This document shows, in pieces, positions 27,001 to 36,375 of a DNA stretch of 64,000 bases. Each line of letters begins with the position of its first letter. Position 1 is the stretch's first letter. The DNA is taken from positions 167,659 through 231,658 of the forward strand of contig JBAZLA010000002.1 of the NCBI GenBank assembly GCA_041650515.1, read 5' to 3'. The position numbers were made by a program, and so were the translations under genes. Under the pieces are notes generated by a model, which was not told the origin of the DNA, did no database searches, and saw nothing but the letters and a program-made list of their open reading frames with translations. This stretch comes from Patescibacteria group bacterium (GTDB lineage Bacteria > Patescibacteriota > Patescibacteriia > JACRDY01).

Positions 27001-29493
27001 AACCAAACCGGCGGCCTGCCGGAGCAAGAGATTGATGCCAGCGGCGGCGATGTGGAAGATGTTGACTTTGCTATCAGCTCGCCGGGTACTCTGCGGATCA
27101 CGGTGGAAGGCGCGGCCGGTCTGGAATTTTTTGCCGGCGCCCATAACCCGACCACCCATAAAGGCAATGGCACTAACGTCTGGACAACCACCGGCGACAA
27201 TCTAGTTACCACCCTGCCTTTGCCCGAAGGTACTTATAATCTTCATGTCGGTTCCCCGGCTTTCGGCGAGATATCTAATCCGGGTGGCGATCAGGCTACT
27301 ATTGTTGCCGGCCAAACCACAGCTGTCAGCTACACCTTGCCTGACTTTAACACCTTAAGCGGCACGGTCACTGACGGCACTGATCCAGTGGAAAATGCTG
27401 AGGTCTGGGCAGCCAATAAAAACGGCCCGGGTTTTGGCAAAACCTTAACTGACGCTAACGGCGACTATTCACTGAAATTAACTGCCAATTTTGACTATGA
27501 TGTCGGCGCTAACGTACCCGGTTATATCTCAACGGTTAGCAATATTGAAGATTTTGACGGCGATGTTGCCGACTACGATCTGGTGATCACCGAAGCTACC
27601 GGCGTTATTACCGGCACCGTAATTGATGGCGGCGGCGACCCATTAAACCAGGGTTTTGCCTGGGCGGAAAAATCTGGCGAGGATGCTTGGGTCGGCGCAC
27701 CAGTGGAAGCTAATGGCACTTTTGAGCTGCCAGTTGATGACGGTATTTGGGTTGTTCATGCTGATTCGCCTTGTTACCAGCCGGATTTTGAGGGCAACGA
27801 AGCCCAAGACGGCGATGATTTGGAAATTGAATTGACTTATATGGAAGGCTGCGAACCACCCAAGCCAAAAATGAACGCCATTACCCCGGCTTCCGGCGGC
27901 ACTATTTATAATGATGAAGACGAAGACGGTACTAATGATGTGGAAGTGGTTATTCCCGCTAATGCCCTGGGCACCGGCAGTGATAATGTCACCTTCTCGG
28001 TCACGCCCAATGACAATCCGATCTCGACTCCTAATGCCACGCCCTTAAAAGCCGAGGATTTAGACGCCACCTCTGCCAGCGGCGGGGCGATCTCCAGTCT
28101 CAATACTAATATTGAAATAACCATTGATTATGGCTCTTTGGATCTGCCTGATGATTTTGATGAATCAACCATGCAGTTGGCCTACTTCGACAGCGCCAGC
28201 AATAACTGGGTAGCTATTGCCTCAACAGTCAACACCAGTAATGAAACTATCACCGCGCAGGCCGACCACTTAACTACTTTTGGCATTATTACCAATGTCC
28301 CAGACGCACCAACTAGCCCCAGTGCTGAAGCGGACGGCACCGAGATCACTCTATGCTGGAACACTTCAACCGGCGCCACCAGTTACAACGTCTATCGCAG
28401 TGATGAAGAAGACGGCACCTATACCGCTGTTGGCTCAAACGAAAGTACCGGCTACACTGATTCTGACCTAGAAGGCGAAACCACTTATTACTATAAAATA
28501 ACGGCTGTTAACAGCGCCGGCGAGTCAGCTTACTCCGAGGATACTAACGCTACCACGGGCGCAGCTAGCGGCGGCCGCAATGACGTGCCAGGTGGCGGCG
28601 GATCCGCTACTGTCCCAACTACCCCGACTGCTCCAACCACTACTACCGCTGGCTCAACCGCTCTAACTGTTGGCCAGGGCGGAACAACAACTGCCACCAC
28701 GAGCACGGGTTCAACACTCGTGATCAATGTTCCCGCTGGCGCCATGACCTCTGCCACTACCCTCTCGGTTACACCTCAAACGAACGCCGAAGCCGCCGCG
28801 CCCGCGCCAGCGGCCACTAGCGGTTTATTTATGGTTGGTAACTTAGTATTTGAGATCGATAATTCTAGCGGTCAAAAAACCTTTACGACCCCCCTAACTC
28901 TAACCTTTAATTATACCGACGCTCAAATCAGCGGCCTTGATGAGAATAGTTTGAAGGTTTATTGGTACGATCCCGTCACTAGCCAATGGCAACAGCTAAC
29001 TACTACTATTAACACAGCCACTAATACTCTAACGGCAACGATTAGTCATTTAACCGTCTTTGGTATTTTAGGTACAGCCACGACCACCGAGCAACCTGAA
29101 GGGCCAGCTGAACAAACCCTGCCAACCGGGATTAAGCTCTACCGTTCACCCAGTGTTTCAACTGTTTTCTTGATCGACGAAACAGCTAAGACCAAACGGC
29201 CCGTCTTTAATGAGATTGTCTTTCTAGCTATGGATTATAATTGGTCAGATGTCCAGTTCGTATCGGAGAGTAAGCTAGCTGAATATACTTTAGGTAAGAT
29301 GCTGCTCTACCCCGAAGGATCGGTAATTAAGTTCTTAACTTCACCTAAAGTTTTTAAAGTCGGCGCTGACTATATGCTCCATTGGATTACTAACGAAACC
29401 GTCTTTAGCCGATTGGGCTACAGCTGGAACCAGGTTAAAGATTTAACTGACTCTTTCTGGTCGCTCTTCAAAGAGAGTACGGACGTTAATTAG
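24001..29493 (+). CDS. Giant secreted cell-surface protein with FN3 and Ig/CarboxypepD_reg-like domains
   Basis: 1830 aa. Signal/TM LFLTGAAALVLVIGIYSAVL. Fibronectin-III-like segment (PDAPTSPSAEADGTEITLCWNTSTGATSYNVYRS...TTYYYKITAVNSAGES). A T/A/G-rich linker. The C-terminus carries the shared ~45-aa paired repeat (IVFLAMDYNWSDVQFV...ETVFSRLGYSWNQVKDL). Confidence 0.7.
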   Translation: MEKVKKFPKTHSRLFLTGAAALVLVIGIYSAVLYPLTGTKAIPLPPSELADASAAPQGLADGVTGAEDTTWTFTFDNTGGEALTAFDPPGVMTQDMIKITLPNVEQGSPWFSSPDDLVVTANPGATGLIFQGNFYANDARLTYDGQEYVNSTEDGDETAIYYNGGGMDGMISVSEDNTEIDLADGINDFNLALCEVVVSAGGEPVMSFPTTLFARNDNYPDAATLETEVDSWTMDDGEGGEMTIDLTIDLWAPAALTANGANTAYTWNTPDGVTFDQEPTLYFDAQKILDHSQPDGPPDIIKIPLVDGQDALGEFSITIVGLNVPTAPLANLEDLEFMLETCRLADPTQPDSECATLESGVSVVTVDRLGEMIPYNADFDLYPANYATGENTNYTISFTAPSGLSDTNKIVWQFPGGFILTAADVEFGLPDINGTGADTPAIAPDDNSGLGGGIYANTINGKNQLELTVTGTVNPGDQVTITVKDIYNPNMVDVYRGFGIYTALANGGIIDGLPANAGQEPERNGPSLLESLPIGGTNTIIGTVKKDEGAGPVPLEADEATQIMIGLGCPDKGYFVGQKYLQPDGSFTYNNLLDCNYKMNTEPTDKENNPTFFMDFLQPAMLDIPAQGGQSFTVDPTFIVPDAYISGTITSDDSVGGSQIVFMNAFNSTHMSWSPVFQEDPIANPAAAPGLTAEGTGYFVLPVKSDYTWSINIMINNQTQTLIDLITDDEYWPPVISPVVVAEAGETYDIGANAFVKADKTLNIFLRNAQNDQIMNSACVAVRRPNPMGFMGGFAKCSSQNIGDVQGYQFKVPSGALLVDIGQWGLGKPIQKQITVKASDNAVDKTFYLEMPTSHIDVTVEDSDGNPLNQVSLFAHGSNGFGQAVTGSQGQATIYVREGVYRVEGFVPNLGQLDDQDGIVVNEETSPEITFTVDVSELNIISGVVYIDANSNSEYDAGEGVSGAQIGCHGPDGGNGTVTLTDGTYQLRVKAGTYKVGGWSNQTGGLPEQEIDASGGDVEDVDFAISSPGTLRITVEGAAGLEFFAGAHNPTTHKGNGTNVWTTTGDNLVTTLPLPEGTYNLHVGSPAFGEISNPGGDQATIVAGQTTAVSYTLPDFNTLSGTVTDGTDPVENAEVWAANKNGPGFGKTLTDANGDYSLKLTANFDYDVGANVPGYISTVSNIEDFDGDVADYDLVITEATGVITGTVIDGGGDPLNQGFAWAEKSGEDAWVGAPVEANGTFELPVDDGIWVVHADSPCYQPDFEGNEAQDGDDLEIELTYMEGCEPPKPKMNAITPASGGTIYNDEDEDGTNDVEVVIPANALGTGSDNVTFSVTPNDNPISTPNATPLKAEDLDATSASGGAISSLNTNIEITIDYGSLDLPDDFDESTMQLAYFDSASNNWVAIASTVNTSNETITAQADHLTTFGIITNVPDAPTSPSAEADGTEITLCWNTSTGATSYNVYRSDEEDGTYTAVGSNESTGYTDSDLEGETTYYYKITAVNSAGESAYSEDTNATTGAASGGRNDVPGGGGSATVPTTPTAPTTTTAGSTALTVGQGGTTTATTSTGSTLVINVPAGAMTSATTLSVTPQTNAEAAAPAPAATSGLFMVGNLVFEIDNSSGQKTFTTPLTLTFNYTDAQISGLDENSLKVYWYDPVTSQWQQLTTTINTATNTLTATISHLTVFGILGTATTTEQPEGPAEQTLPTGIKLYRSPSVSTVFLIDETAKTKRPVFNEIVFLAMDYNWSDVQFVSESKLAEYTLGKMLLYPEGSVIKFLTSPKVFKVGADYMLHWITNETVFSRLGYSWNQVKDLTDSFWSLFKESTDVN

Positions 29494-29504
29494 CTGATAA
29501 TAAT

Positions 29505-29537
29505 AAAAGAGGCTCCCGTTGGGAGCCTCTTTTTAGT
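29505..29537. terminator. Bidirectional terminator between convergent 1830-aa gene and GT4 gene
   Basis: aaaagaggctcccgttgggagcctcttttt. Confidence 0.75.
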
Positions 29538-29546
29538 TAATTTAAT

Positions 29547-30692
29547 TTAAGCTTGTTGGGAAGAATAACTAACTAACTTCTTGTAACCCATTTCCTCATC
29601 GTAGACAACTTGAATCTTCTGAACGATATCATCCCAATTATAATTCTCCATCACATAACCACGCGACTGGCGGCCAATCTTACGAACCAATAGTGGCTGG
29701 CCCAAGAGAAATTTTAACTTTCTTTCTAAATCACTAACGCTTTTATTACGAAAGCTAAAACCATTACCTTTGACCACTTCCAGATTCTCCGCAATGTCTG
29801 AAGCTAGTACTGGCGTACCGTAACTCATCGCTTCGAGAACGGCTAAAGGCAACCCTTCGGATTCGGACGGGTGAACCACTAAAAAAGCGTTATTAAATAA
29901 TTGATCTAACATTTTACCTTCCTGATAACCAGTAAAGATAATCTGCGGACTATTAGCCGCCAGTTGCTTTAACTCATCAACATAATCATCAGTAAAGGCG
30001 GAGCCACCAACAATCACTAACTTTTTGTTAGTGTGTAAATGCTGATAAGCCTGAACTAAATAATGAATACCTTTATGGCGAACCAGCCGAGCGACAGCCA
30101 AGATATAGCTACCTTTTTCTAGGGCAAATTTTTGTTTGATTAGATTATCATCGTATTTACCTTTGGGGCTGACACCATTAGGAATATAGACGGTATCACA
30201 ATTAAAAATCTGCGAACAATAATATTGCAGTGTCTTAGAAACAGTAATAGTTTTGTGGGGAAAATAACACGCCGCGGCTTCACCCAGCTTTAAAGATAAC
30301 CGAGCGAACCAACCCCACTTCTGGTGCTTGCGATCAATACAGTGAAAAGTAACGATTACCTTGGTTTTGGGCTTAAAAATCCGCGGAATAAAAGATAATA
30401 GAGCCGGGCCAACACCATGATAATGAATAATATCATAGTCCTGGGTTAGAGCATGCAAGGTCGAGATTAAGGTATGGGAGATAGCATCTAAATGCTTCCT
30501 TTGGATCGAGGGCAAGGTAACTAAATTAATCCCTTGAAAGCGGGATCGATTTTTAGGTGTATACCAAGGCCGACAGTAAACAAAAACTTGATTACCAGCT
30601 TTAACCAAACGACGGCTTAATTCTTCCACATGACGCTCGATGCCGCCAAATTTGGTGGGAATTCCTTTTTGTCCGATAAAGGCAATACGCAT
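29547..30692 (-). CDS. Glycosyltransferase family 4
   Basis: 381 aa. GT4 C-terminal motif EGLPLAVLEAMSYGTPVLASD. N-terminal GT-B fold. Confidence 0.8.
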   Translation of the reverse strand: MRIAFIGQKGIPTKFGGIERHVEELSRRLVKAGNQVFVYCRPWYTPKNRSRFQGINLVTLPSIQRKHLDAISHTLISTLHALTQDYDIIHYHGVGPALLSFIPRIFKPKTKVIVTFHCIDRKHQKWGWFARLSLKLGEAAACYFPHKTITVSKTLQYYCSQIFNCDTVYIPNGVSPKGKYDDNLIKQKFALEKGSYILAVARLVRHKGIHYLVQAYQHLHTNKKLVIVGGSAFTDDYVDELKQLAANSPQIIFTGYQEGKMLDQLFNNAFLVVHPSESEGLPLAVLEAMSYGTPVLASDIAENLEVVKGNGFSFRNKSVSDLERKLKFLLGQPLLVRKIGRQSRGYVMENYNWDDIVQKIQVVYDEEMGYKKLVSYSSQQA

Positions 30693-30770
30693 AATTTAGA
30701 CTAATAATACTCTTGATTTTTAATCTCTTACCTTAGCATAATTCAATTTCTTTGTCAATACCCAGCACCT

Positions 30771-30803
30771 AAAAAAAGTTAGCCCCCAATGGGCTAACTT
30801 TTG
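30771..30803. terminator. Bidirectional terminator downstream of the 622-aa gene
   Basis: aaaaaaa-gttagcccccaatgggctaac-ttttg. Confidence 0.7.
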
Positions 30804-30828
30804 TCTTAGCTAAATTGACTAAAATTGG

Positions 30829-32697
30829 CTAAAAATCAACCACTTTACCACCCTGATTACTAGCTCGCTTATCACTATACAAATCAGTCGTAACTGTCCC
30901 AACATACTTTTCAATAATTCGACCGGTGATTTTATCTTTGCCAGTAATCTTAATATCTTGAATAAGCGGCGCCAGTCTGCCGATCTGATCGACTCGAGGG
31001 GTCAAGATAACAGCAAAACCAGCTTGCGGCGCGATACTCAAATCACCGGCAAATTTGGCCACTTCCCCCGGTTGCCAGCTAATCTCGCGCGTAACCACAT
31101 CAAAGGCTTGGCTAGCGCCCTGACCAACTGATTCCTTGGCTAACCAAGTTACATTATTAGGCAAAGTACCAGACACTCGAATATCAGTGACGTCGTTGTA
31201 AGAATTTAAAATTTTACCCATGATCCAGTACTTAGTTTCGACACCAACTACTGGCGGCAACGGACCAATGCCTAGCTGTTCGCCCTCCAAAGTATAATAA
31301 CGAGCTAGAACAACCAGCTCTAAATTAGTAGTCATAATATTATTAATCGGAGATAACTCGGCGTCAAAAGCGGTTTTTTGGCCTTGGAACTCCAAAGTGT
31401 AATTAACTTTAGGCACTAAAGTTAAATAGGCCGGCGACTCCGAACCAATAGTTTTGGTCTGAGTTTTTATTTTAAATTTCACTTCACCACCTTGACCCGG
31501 CTCCAACCGAGCTAAATCGGGAAAATTATCTGGGTTGAGGATCAAGGTTTTACCCGTCAAACTAATCGACTGCTCGGTGCTAAAAGTGCTGACGTTATAC
31601 AATGGGTCAGATAAATCTAAAGTAATATTAACATTTTCAATCGTCTGGTTTTCCTGATTCGAATATTTAATCAAATATTCAACCTCTTCACCAGGTAATG
31701 GCGAATAATCAGCTAGACCATTGACCAGGGCCGCCACTAAAAACTTGGGGTAGAAGATATTAGTTGATAAAACAGCTTGATTAGCCAAAAGCGGTTGCTC
31801 TTGGTGATTACAAAAGACTTGGAAGGTAGTTTTAACTTTAACCGGCGACTCAGCCTTATCCGAATTAATTTTTCCCCGGACTTTGATCGCTTTAGTCTCG
31901 CCAGCTTCTAACGTAGCTAGCGACCAGGCGCCACTAATTACCTGGGTGTCAGAATTAATCAGCGTGAAGTCACTAGACCATTGTGGTATCAGCTTAATAT
32001 TATTCAATGGTTGAGAATAATTGTTTTGGATAACCAGATAAAAATCAAACGGGCTATTACTAGCGACCACCAACGGCGCCTCAACTTTTAGATCCAAAAC
32101 TGAACCTTCAACTTGGTAATTAGCCTGAGCGGTTCTTTCTTCAAACCAATTCATATCGCGGCCCGATACGGCCTGCTGATAATAATCCAGGCGAGCGATG
32201 ACTTTTTGCTTTGTTTGATATGGCGCCCAAACCTCGCCGGTTAACTCGAGCTGACCACCGGTTTTGGGCGGTAAATCGCCAATTAATAAAATATGCTTCT
32301 CTGGATCATAACGCTCGTCATTGGCTTTGATAAACACAAAATCAGCTGGCAAATTCATAACTATCCTAGCGGCCGTCAACTCCTGACTGCGACTAGAATT
32401 ATGGTAATAAACCGTATAAATCGTCTTGGCACCACTAAGCACTGGCTGACTGACACTAATATCTAGCTTAACTTGCAACGAGACCACCCACTTAGTAAAA
32501 ATAAAAGAAATAAACACATTAATCAGAATCAAACTAACAACCGCTAGACCAAGGATTAAATCCGCAATCAAATGCTTACGGTTATACTTATAACGAACTC
32601 GATAACGCCTACCCAGCCGCTCAACCGTAAAATTAAAAGGACCAATGACGAGCTGACGAATAATTTTTTTGTGGATATCCATATAATTGTGGTACAC
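30829..32697 (-). CDS. Membrane-anchored hypothetical protein (possible surface/adhesin-like beta-rich protein)
   Basis: 622 aa. The tracked start is GTG-encoded, and an internal ATG (MDIHKK) is plausible. TM helix LILGLAVVSLILINVFISFIF. No recognisable catalytic motif. Terminator at 30771-30803. Confidence 0.5.
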   Translation of the reverse strand: MYHNYMDIHKKIIRQLVIGPFNFTVERLGRRYRVRYKYNRKHLIADLILGLAVVSLILINVFISFIFTKWVVSLQVKLDISVSQPVLSGAKTIYTVYYHNSSRSQELTAARIVMNLPADFVFIKANDERYDPEKHILLIGDLPPKTGGQLELTGEVWAPYQTKQKVIARLDYYQQAVSGRDMNWFEERTAQANYQVEGSVLDLKVEAPLVVASNSPFDFYLVIQNNYSQPLNNIKLIPQWSSDFTLINSDTQVISGAWSLATLEAGETKAIKVRGKINSDKAESPVKVKTTFQVFCNHQEQPLLANQAVLSTNIFYPKFLVAALVNGLADYSPLPGEEVEYLIKYSNQENQTIENVNITLDLSDPLYNVSTFSTEQSISLTGKTLILNPDNFPDLARLEPGQGGEVKFKIKTQTKTIGSESPAYLTLVPKVNYTLEFQGQKTAFDAELSPINNIMTTNLELVVLARYYTLEGEQLGIGPLPPVVGVETKYWIMGKILNSYNDVTDIRVSGTLPNNVTWLAKESVGQGASQAFDVVTREISWQPGEVAKFAGDLSIAPQAGFAVILTPRVDQIGRLAPLIQDIKITGKDKITGRIIEKYVGTVTTDLYSDKRASNQGGKVVDF

Positions 32698-32781
32698 AGT
32701 ACTCAGTACATAGTACCTAGGAAGCCGCTAGTCTAGCGCTAATTAACTTCCTAAAGTACTGGGTACTATGTACTGGGTACT
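32692..32781. repeat. Heptad-periodic inverted-repeat hairpin element (GTACTNN arrays)
   Basis: Left arm gtacacagtactcagtacatagtacc. Right arm agtactgggtactatgtactgggtact. The arms are reverse-complementary. The inner loop taggaag...cttccta is itself palindromic. The element fills the whole gap between the stop of one minus-strand gene and the start of the next. Confidence 0.8.
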
Positions 32782-32783
32782 TT

Positions 32784-34793
32784 TTAAAATACACTCAAAC
32801 TGGTGGTTAAAATTTCTTTTTGGTTATCACCATTAATATCATTAACCATTACTTCGATCCCATCACGGTTACCGACGTCGAAAGCCAAAAAGGTGTTACC
32901 AAGCTGTTTACCTCGAGAATCATAAACTTTAACCTCGGGCTTACCACCATAGCCAGGTGCCGCTACAATCTCGGCTGCCCCGTCGCCATTAATATCCCCC
33001 ACCGCGACATTAACCCCGCCACGAAAATTAGCATCAAAAGCAAACCAGCCGGCCGATAGTAGTTTACCATCTTTATTAAAAATCCGAATCTGTGGCCCGC
33101 CGCCAACGCCAGCACCGGCGATAATCTCGCTGGTGCCATCGCCATTAAGATCGCCCACCGCGACATTAACCCCGCCACGGTAGTCAGAACCATAAGCGAA
33201 AAAGCCCGGATTAATCAATCTACCCTGAGCATTAAAAACTCGAATCTGCGGCCCGCCGCCTTTTTCTGTGCCAGTAATAATCTCAATCGTACCATCGCCA
33301 TTAAGATCGCCAAATGACAAATTAATCCCCTTATTATATTTCTCGCCATAAGGATAAAAAGTAGTTTCTAACGTGCCAGCCGAGTTATAAATAGCCACCG
33401 AGCGATCACCGGCGATCAAAGTCTCCAGTGAACCGTCAACATCAATATCGGTAGTCAGAATTTGGCTACTGCCGGGATATTGAGCTTTATAGGTAAAAAA
33501 CCCACCCCGCTGCCGCTGACCGGTATTATCAAAAATACGCACAAACGACCCGTTAACAAAAGTAGAGCCAATGATCTCGGCCAATGGCTTAAGCAGTAAA
33601 ATGCCATCATTAGAATTTAGCCTTAAATAATTGATAATCGAGCCATCGTTGGTCAATGGATCTTGGGTACCTTTAATTTTTTCCAGCTCTTCACGACCCA
33701 AGTTGACTGCCTGACGGTCGTTAGTTGAATTGACAAACACAACACCTTTCTCAAAATCCCGACGCCAAACGCCGCTACTAATTGTCGTACTATTATTATG
33801 TAAGACATCCTGCGGTCCAGAAGTTGGTTGGCCCAAAGCAACATCATACTCGTCAAACCACCAAGTTTGGCCATGGCTAGTATCACCAAAATCAAAACTA
33901 TACAGACCATTACCTAATAAAGTGCTAGTTAGACCAAAACGCATCTTCTGATAATCAGCCTGGTTACCGGTATTAGCGGTATTAGCATTAACAATATGCA
34001 AAATTGTGCCAGAATAAGCCGACGTCTTGAGATAGTTACTTTGATCATTCGACCAACTATACGGAAAATTTTCAAAAACAACGCCGTTAAGCCGGTTGCC
34101 AAAACAAGTTGTACCGTTACCAATAATTATTTTGTCTTTCCCAATCAGGTTGCGAGTCTGATCAATAATTACCGCCTCACCGTTGCGCCAGGCTGGATCC
34201 GCCACGCTAGCCGTATCCTGACTACAGTTATTGTCCAAATCATAATTACTAATAAAGTAGCTAATATTATCCCAAGTATTATCCAATAAAACACCGTCCC
34301 AAAGACCACTGCTCATGATTTTGGTATTGATAAATTTAGGCAAAAAAGTATTCCAGCGGTCACCGTTAACCAAAGGACAATAGTCGCTGATATTTAATAG
34401 CCAACTACCTGACCACCAGCTGATTTTGTTTCCTGCTGCGTCTTTGAGATACCAAGCTACCGGGATACTATCCGCTAATTGACGCGAGAGCAAATAACTC
34501 TCACTGGTCAAATTAACCTCTTTGATTTCCTGACTAGCTAAATAAGCTAAAATTTTTATTTGCGGATTTAATTGGCGCAGACGGCGAATCTTATCCGGAT
34601 TGCGCACCTGTTGATCCATATCCAAAACGACTAAATCCCATTTGGCTAAATTGGTAATATCCTGATCACTTAATTGCCAACTATAAAAAAGATTAGCCAA
34701 TTTGGGGTACTCCTCCATCTGGCCAAAATTTAGTGGATATAAAAAAGAGGTTAGAATTAAAATAGCAATAATTGTGGGGAAAATACGTTGCAT
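32784..34793 (-). CDS. Secreted protein with N-terminal glycoside-hydrolase-like TIM-barrel-type domain (tentative) and C-terminal FG-GAP/VCBS repeats
   Basis: 669 aa. Signal peptide MQRIFPTIIAILILTSFLYPLNFG. Repeated GDLNGDGTIEIITG, GDLNGDGTSEIIAGAG and GDINGDGAAEIVAAPG motifs are FG-GAP-like. The N-terminal domain call is low confidence. Confidence 0.6.
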   Translation of the reverse strand: MQRIFPTIIAILILTSFLYPLNFGQMEEYPKLANLFYSWQLSDQDITNLAKWDLVVLDMDQQVRNPDKIRRLRQLNPQIKILAYLASQEIKEVNLTSESYLLSRQLADSIPVAWYLKDAAGNKISWWSGSWLLNISDYCPLVNGDRWNTFLPKFINTKIMSSGLWDGVLLDNTWDNISYFISNYDLDNNCSQDTASVADPAWRNGEAVIIDQTRNLIGKDKIIIGNGTTCFGNRLNGVVFENFPYSWSNDQSNYLKTSAYSGTILHIVNANTANTGNQADYQKMRFGLTSTLLGNGLYSFDFGDTSHGQTWWFDEYDVALGQPTSGPQDVLHNNSTTISSGVWRRDFEKGVVFVNSTNDRQAVNLGREELEKIKGTQDPLTNDGSIINYLRLNSNDGILLLKPLAEIIGSTFVNGSFVRIFDNTGQRQRGGFFTYKAQYPGSSQILTTDIDVDGSLETLIAGDRSVAIYNSAGTLETTFYPYGEKYNKGINLSFGDLNGDGTIEIITGTEKGGGPQIRVFNAQGRLINPGFFAYGSDYRGGVNVAVGDLNGDGTSEIIAGAGVGGGPQIRIFNKDGKLLSAGWFAFDANFRGGVNVAVGDINGDGAAEIVAAPGYGGKPEVKVYDSRGKQLGNTFLAFDVGNRDGIEVMVNDINGDNQKEILTTSLSVF

Positions 34794-34996
34794 AGTGTTG
34801 TTACCTTTTTGAAGACAAAAAAGTAGCCAAAAAATCGCTGGGGCTCATAAGGCGCGACTCACTGTTCAACCTTAGTTCATCCTACCCATCCCGCTCCCAA
34901 GGAAAGATCAAAAAAGCCGGGACGGGACTACGCGCCATATTCGCCCCAGACCCCAATTATTTCTAAATGTTCAACGCGACTAAATAATTAAACTCG

Positions 34997-35155
34997 GCGG
35001 GGTTTGGGGTCGGCACGGGGCCGGAGCCGAGCTCCGACTCGTTCTGATTACGCCGAGGAGCGAGGCGAGTTAAACCTTCAGCGGGTAAACAACGCTTTGC
35101 CCCTTGCCGACCCCAAAACTTTTTTATGTTACTTTTTTAGTTATAAAAAAGTAAC
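34997..35155 (+). repeat. ~160-nt structured intergenic repeat, copy C
   Basis: GGGGTTTGGGGTCGGCACGGGGC...TTCTGATTACGCCGAGGAGCGAGGCGAG...GCCCCTTGCCGACCCCAAAACTTTTTTATGTTACTTTTTTAGTTATAAAAAAGTAAC. Compared with copy B, the T-to-C change in the 5' arm is compensated by A-to-G in the 3' arm. Confidence 0.8.
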
Positions 35156-35157
35156 AA

Positions 35158-36375
35158 CTAAACACCAACTAACGTGGTATAAACCTTCATCAACTCTCCA
35201 TAATGCTTCTCCGGACTGTAATTAAGCCGAGCGCGAGCGCGAGCTTGTTCACCACGCAAAACTAATTCGGAATCGCTTAACTTATAAATCTTTTCTAAAA
35301 CCAGTTTTAATTCATCAACTACACCGGCAGAAAAAACAAAACCATCATATTGGTCGGTGATCAACTCGGGTAAACCACCCAACTTGGTCGCCACCACCAC
35401 TTTGCCCAATGCCTGGGCCTCCAGTACCGAATAAGGATTGTTCTCATACCATTCTGATGGTACTACCACTGCCCGAGCACCACTGATAATTTCTTTAACC
35501 TGATCACCAGCCACTCGACCTAAAACCTTAATGTTTTTTTGCCCTTTAGTCAAGGCTAAAATCTCGTCTTGAAGCGGGCCCTCGCCTAAAATTTGCAATT
35601 TAGCCTGCGGCAGAGCCAAAACCGCCTTAACCAAAGTCAGAATCCCTTTTTCTGGAACCAACCGCCCGGCATAAACTAAATAATCGCCCACTGTAGAAAT
35701 AGCTTCAAACTGAGCCAAATCAATAAAATTATAAATCTGCCTAATTTCTTTTTTGACCCCCCAATCCTGACAGACCTCTTGCATAAATTTACTCGGTGCG
35801 ATATAGGTCTGGATGCCCCGACGATAGCCACCATAAATTTTGACCGCTGTCTGCTCGAGGCCGGCCCAAGCGCCTTGTAGATAAGAATTATGAACGCAGC
35901 GATGTAAACAAGCGTTATAATAATGATATCGATAGCAGCGATCACAAACCGCGCCTTGGGTATACAGCCGATAGTTAGGACAAATCAGCTGATAATCATG
36001 CAACGTCCAAACCACTGGAATCTTATGTTTTCTAAAAACAGAAATTATTGACGGCGTCAGCTGGTGAGCAAAATTTTGCAGATGGACAACATCAGGCTTA
36101 AAATCTTTAACTAAAGCGGCCACTTTCTTTTTGGCTTCTAGCGAATAAAAATAATGGCCCGCCGTTTGGAGATCTTTAGCCAAACCCTGTTGCTGGTCGA
36201 GCTTAACTTCCGAGATAAAATATTTACTCCAGGGTGAGGGTAAATTATCCGGGTGAGCCATGCTAAAAATCGCCACTTCGTGGCCATGGGATTTTAGTAA
36301 TTCGGCTAGACTTAAAAGATAAGTCTCAGCACCGCCGCGACGGTAATAAAATTTATTAACTAATAAAACTTTCAT
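35158..36375 (-). CDS. Glycosyltransferase family 4
   Basis: 405 aa. GRLVPEKGILTLVKAV...LGGLPELI are GT4 signatures. Confidence 0.8.
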   Translation of the reverse strand: MKVLLVNKFYYRRGGAETYLLSLAELLKSHGHEVAIFSMAHPDNLPSPWSKYFISEVKLDQQQGLAKDLQTAGHYFYSLEAKKKVAALVKDFKPDVVHLQNFAHQLTPSIISVFRKHKIPVVWTLHDYQLICPNYRLYTQGAVCDRCYRYHYYNACLHRCVHNSYLQGAWAGLEQTAVKIYGGYRRGIQTYIAPSKFMQEVCQDWGVKKEIRQIYNFIDLAQFEAISTVGDYLVYAGRLVPEKGILTLVKAVLALPQAKLQILGEGPLQDEILALTKGQKNIKVLGRVAGDQVKEIISGARAVVVPSEWYENNPYSVLEAQALGKVVVATKLGGLPELITDQYDGFVFSAGVVDELKLVLEKIYKLSDSELVLRGEQARARARLNYSPEKHYGELMKVYTTLVGV

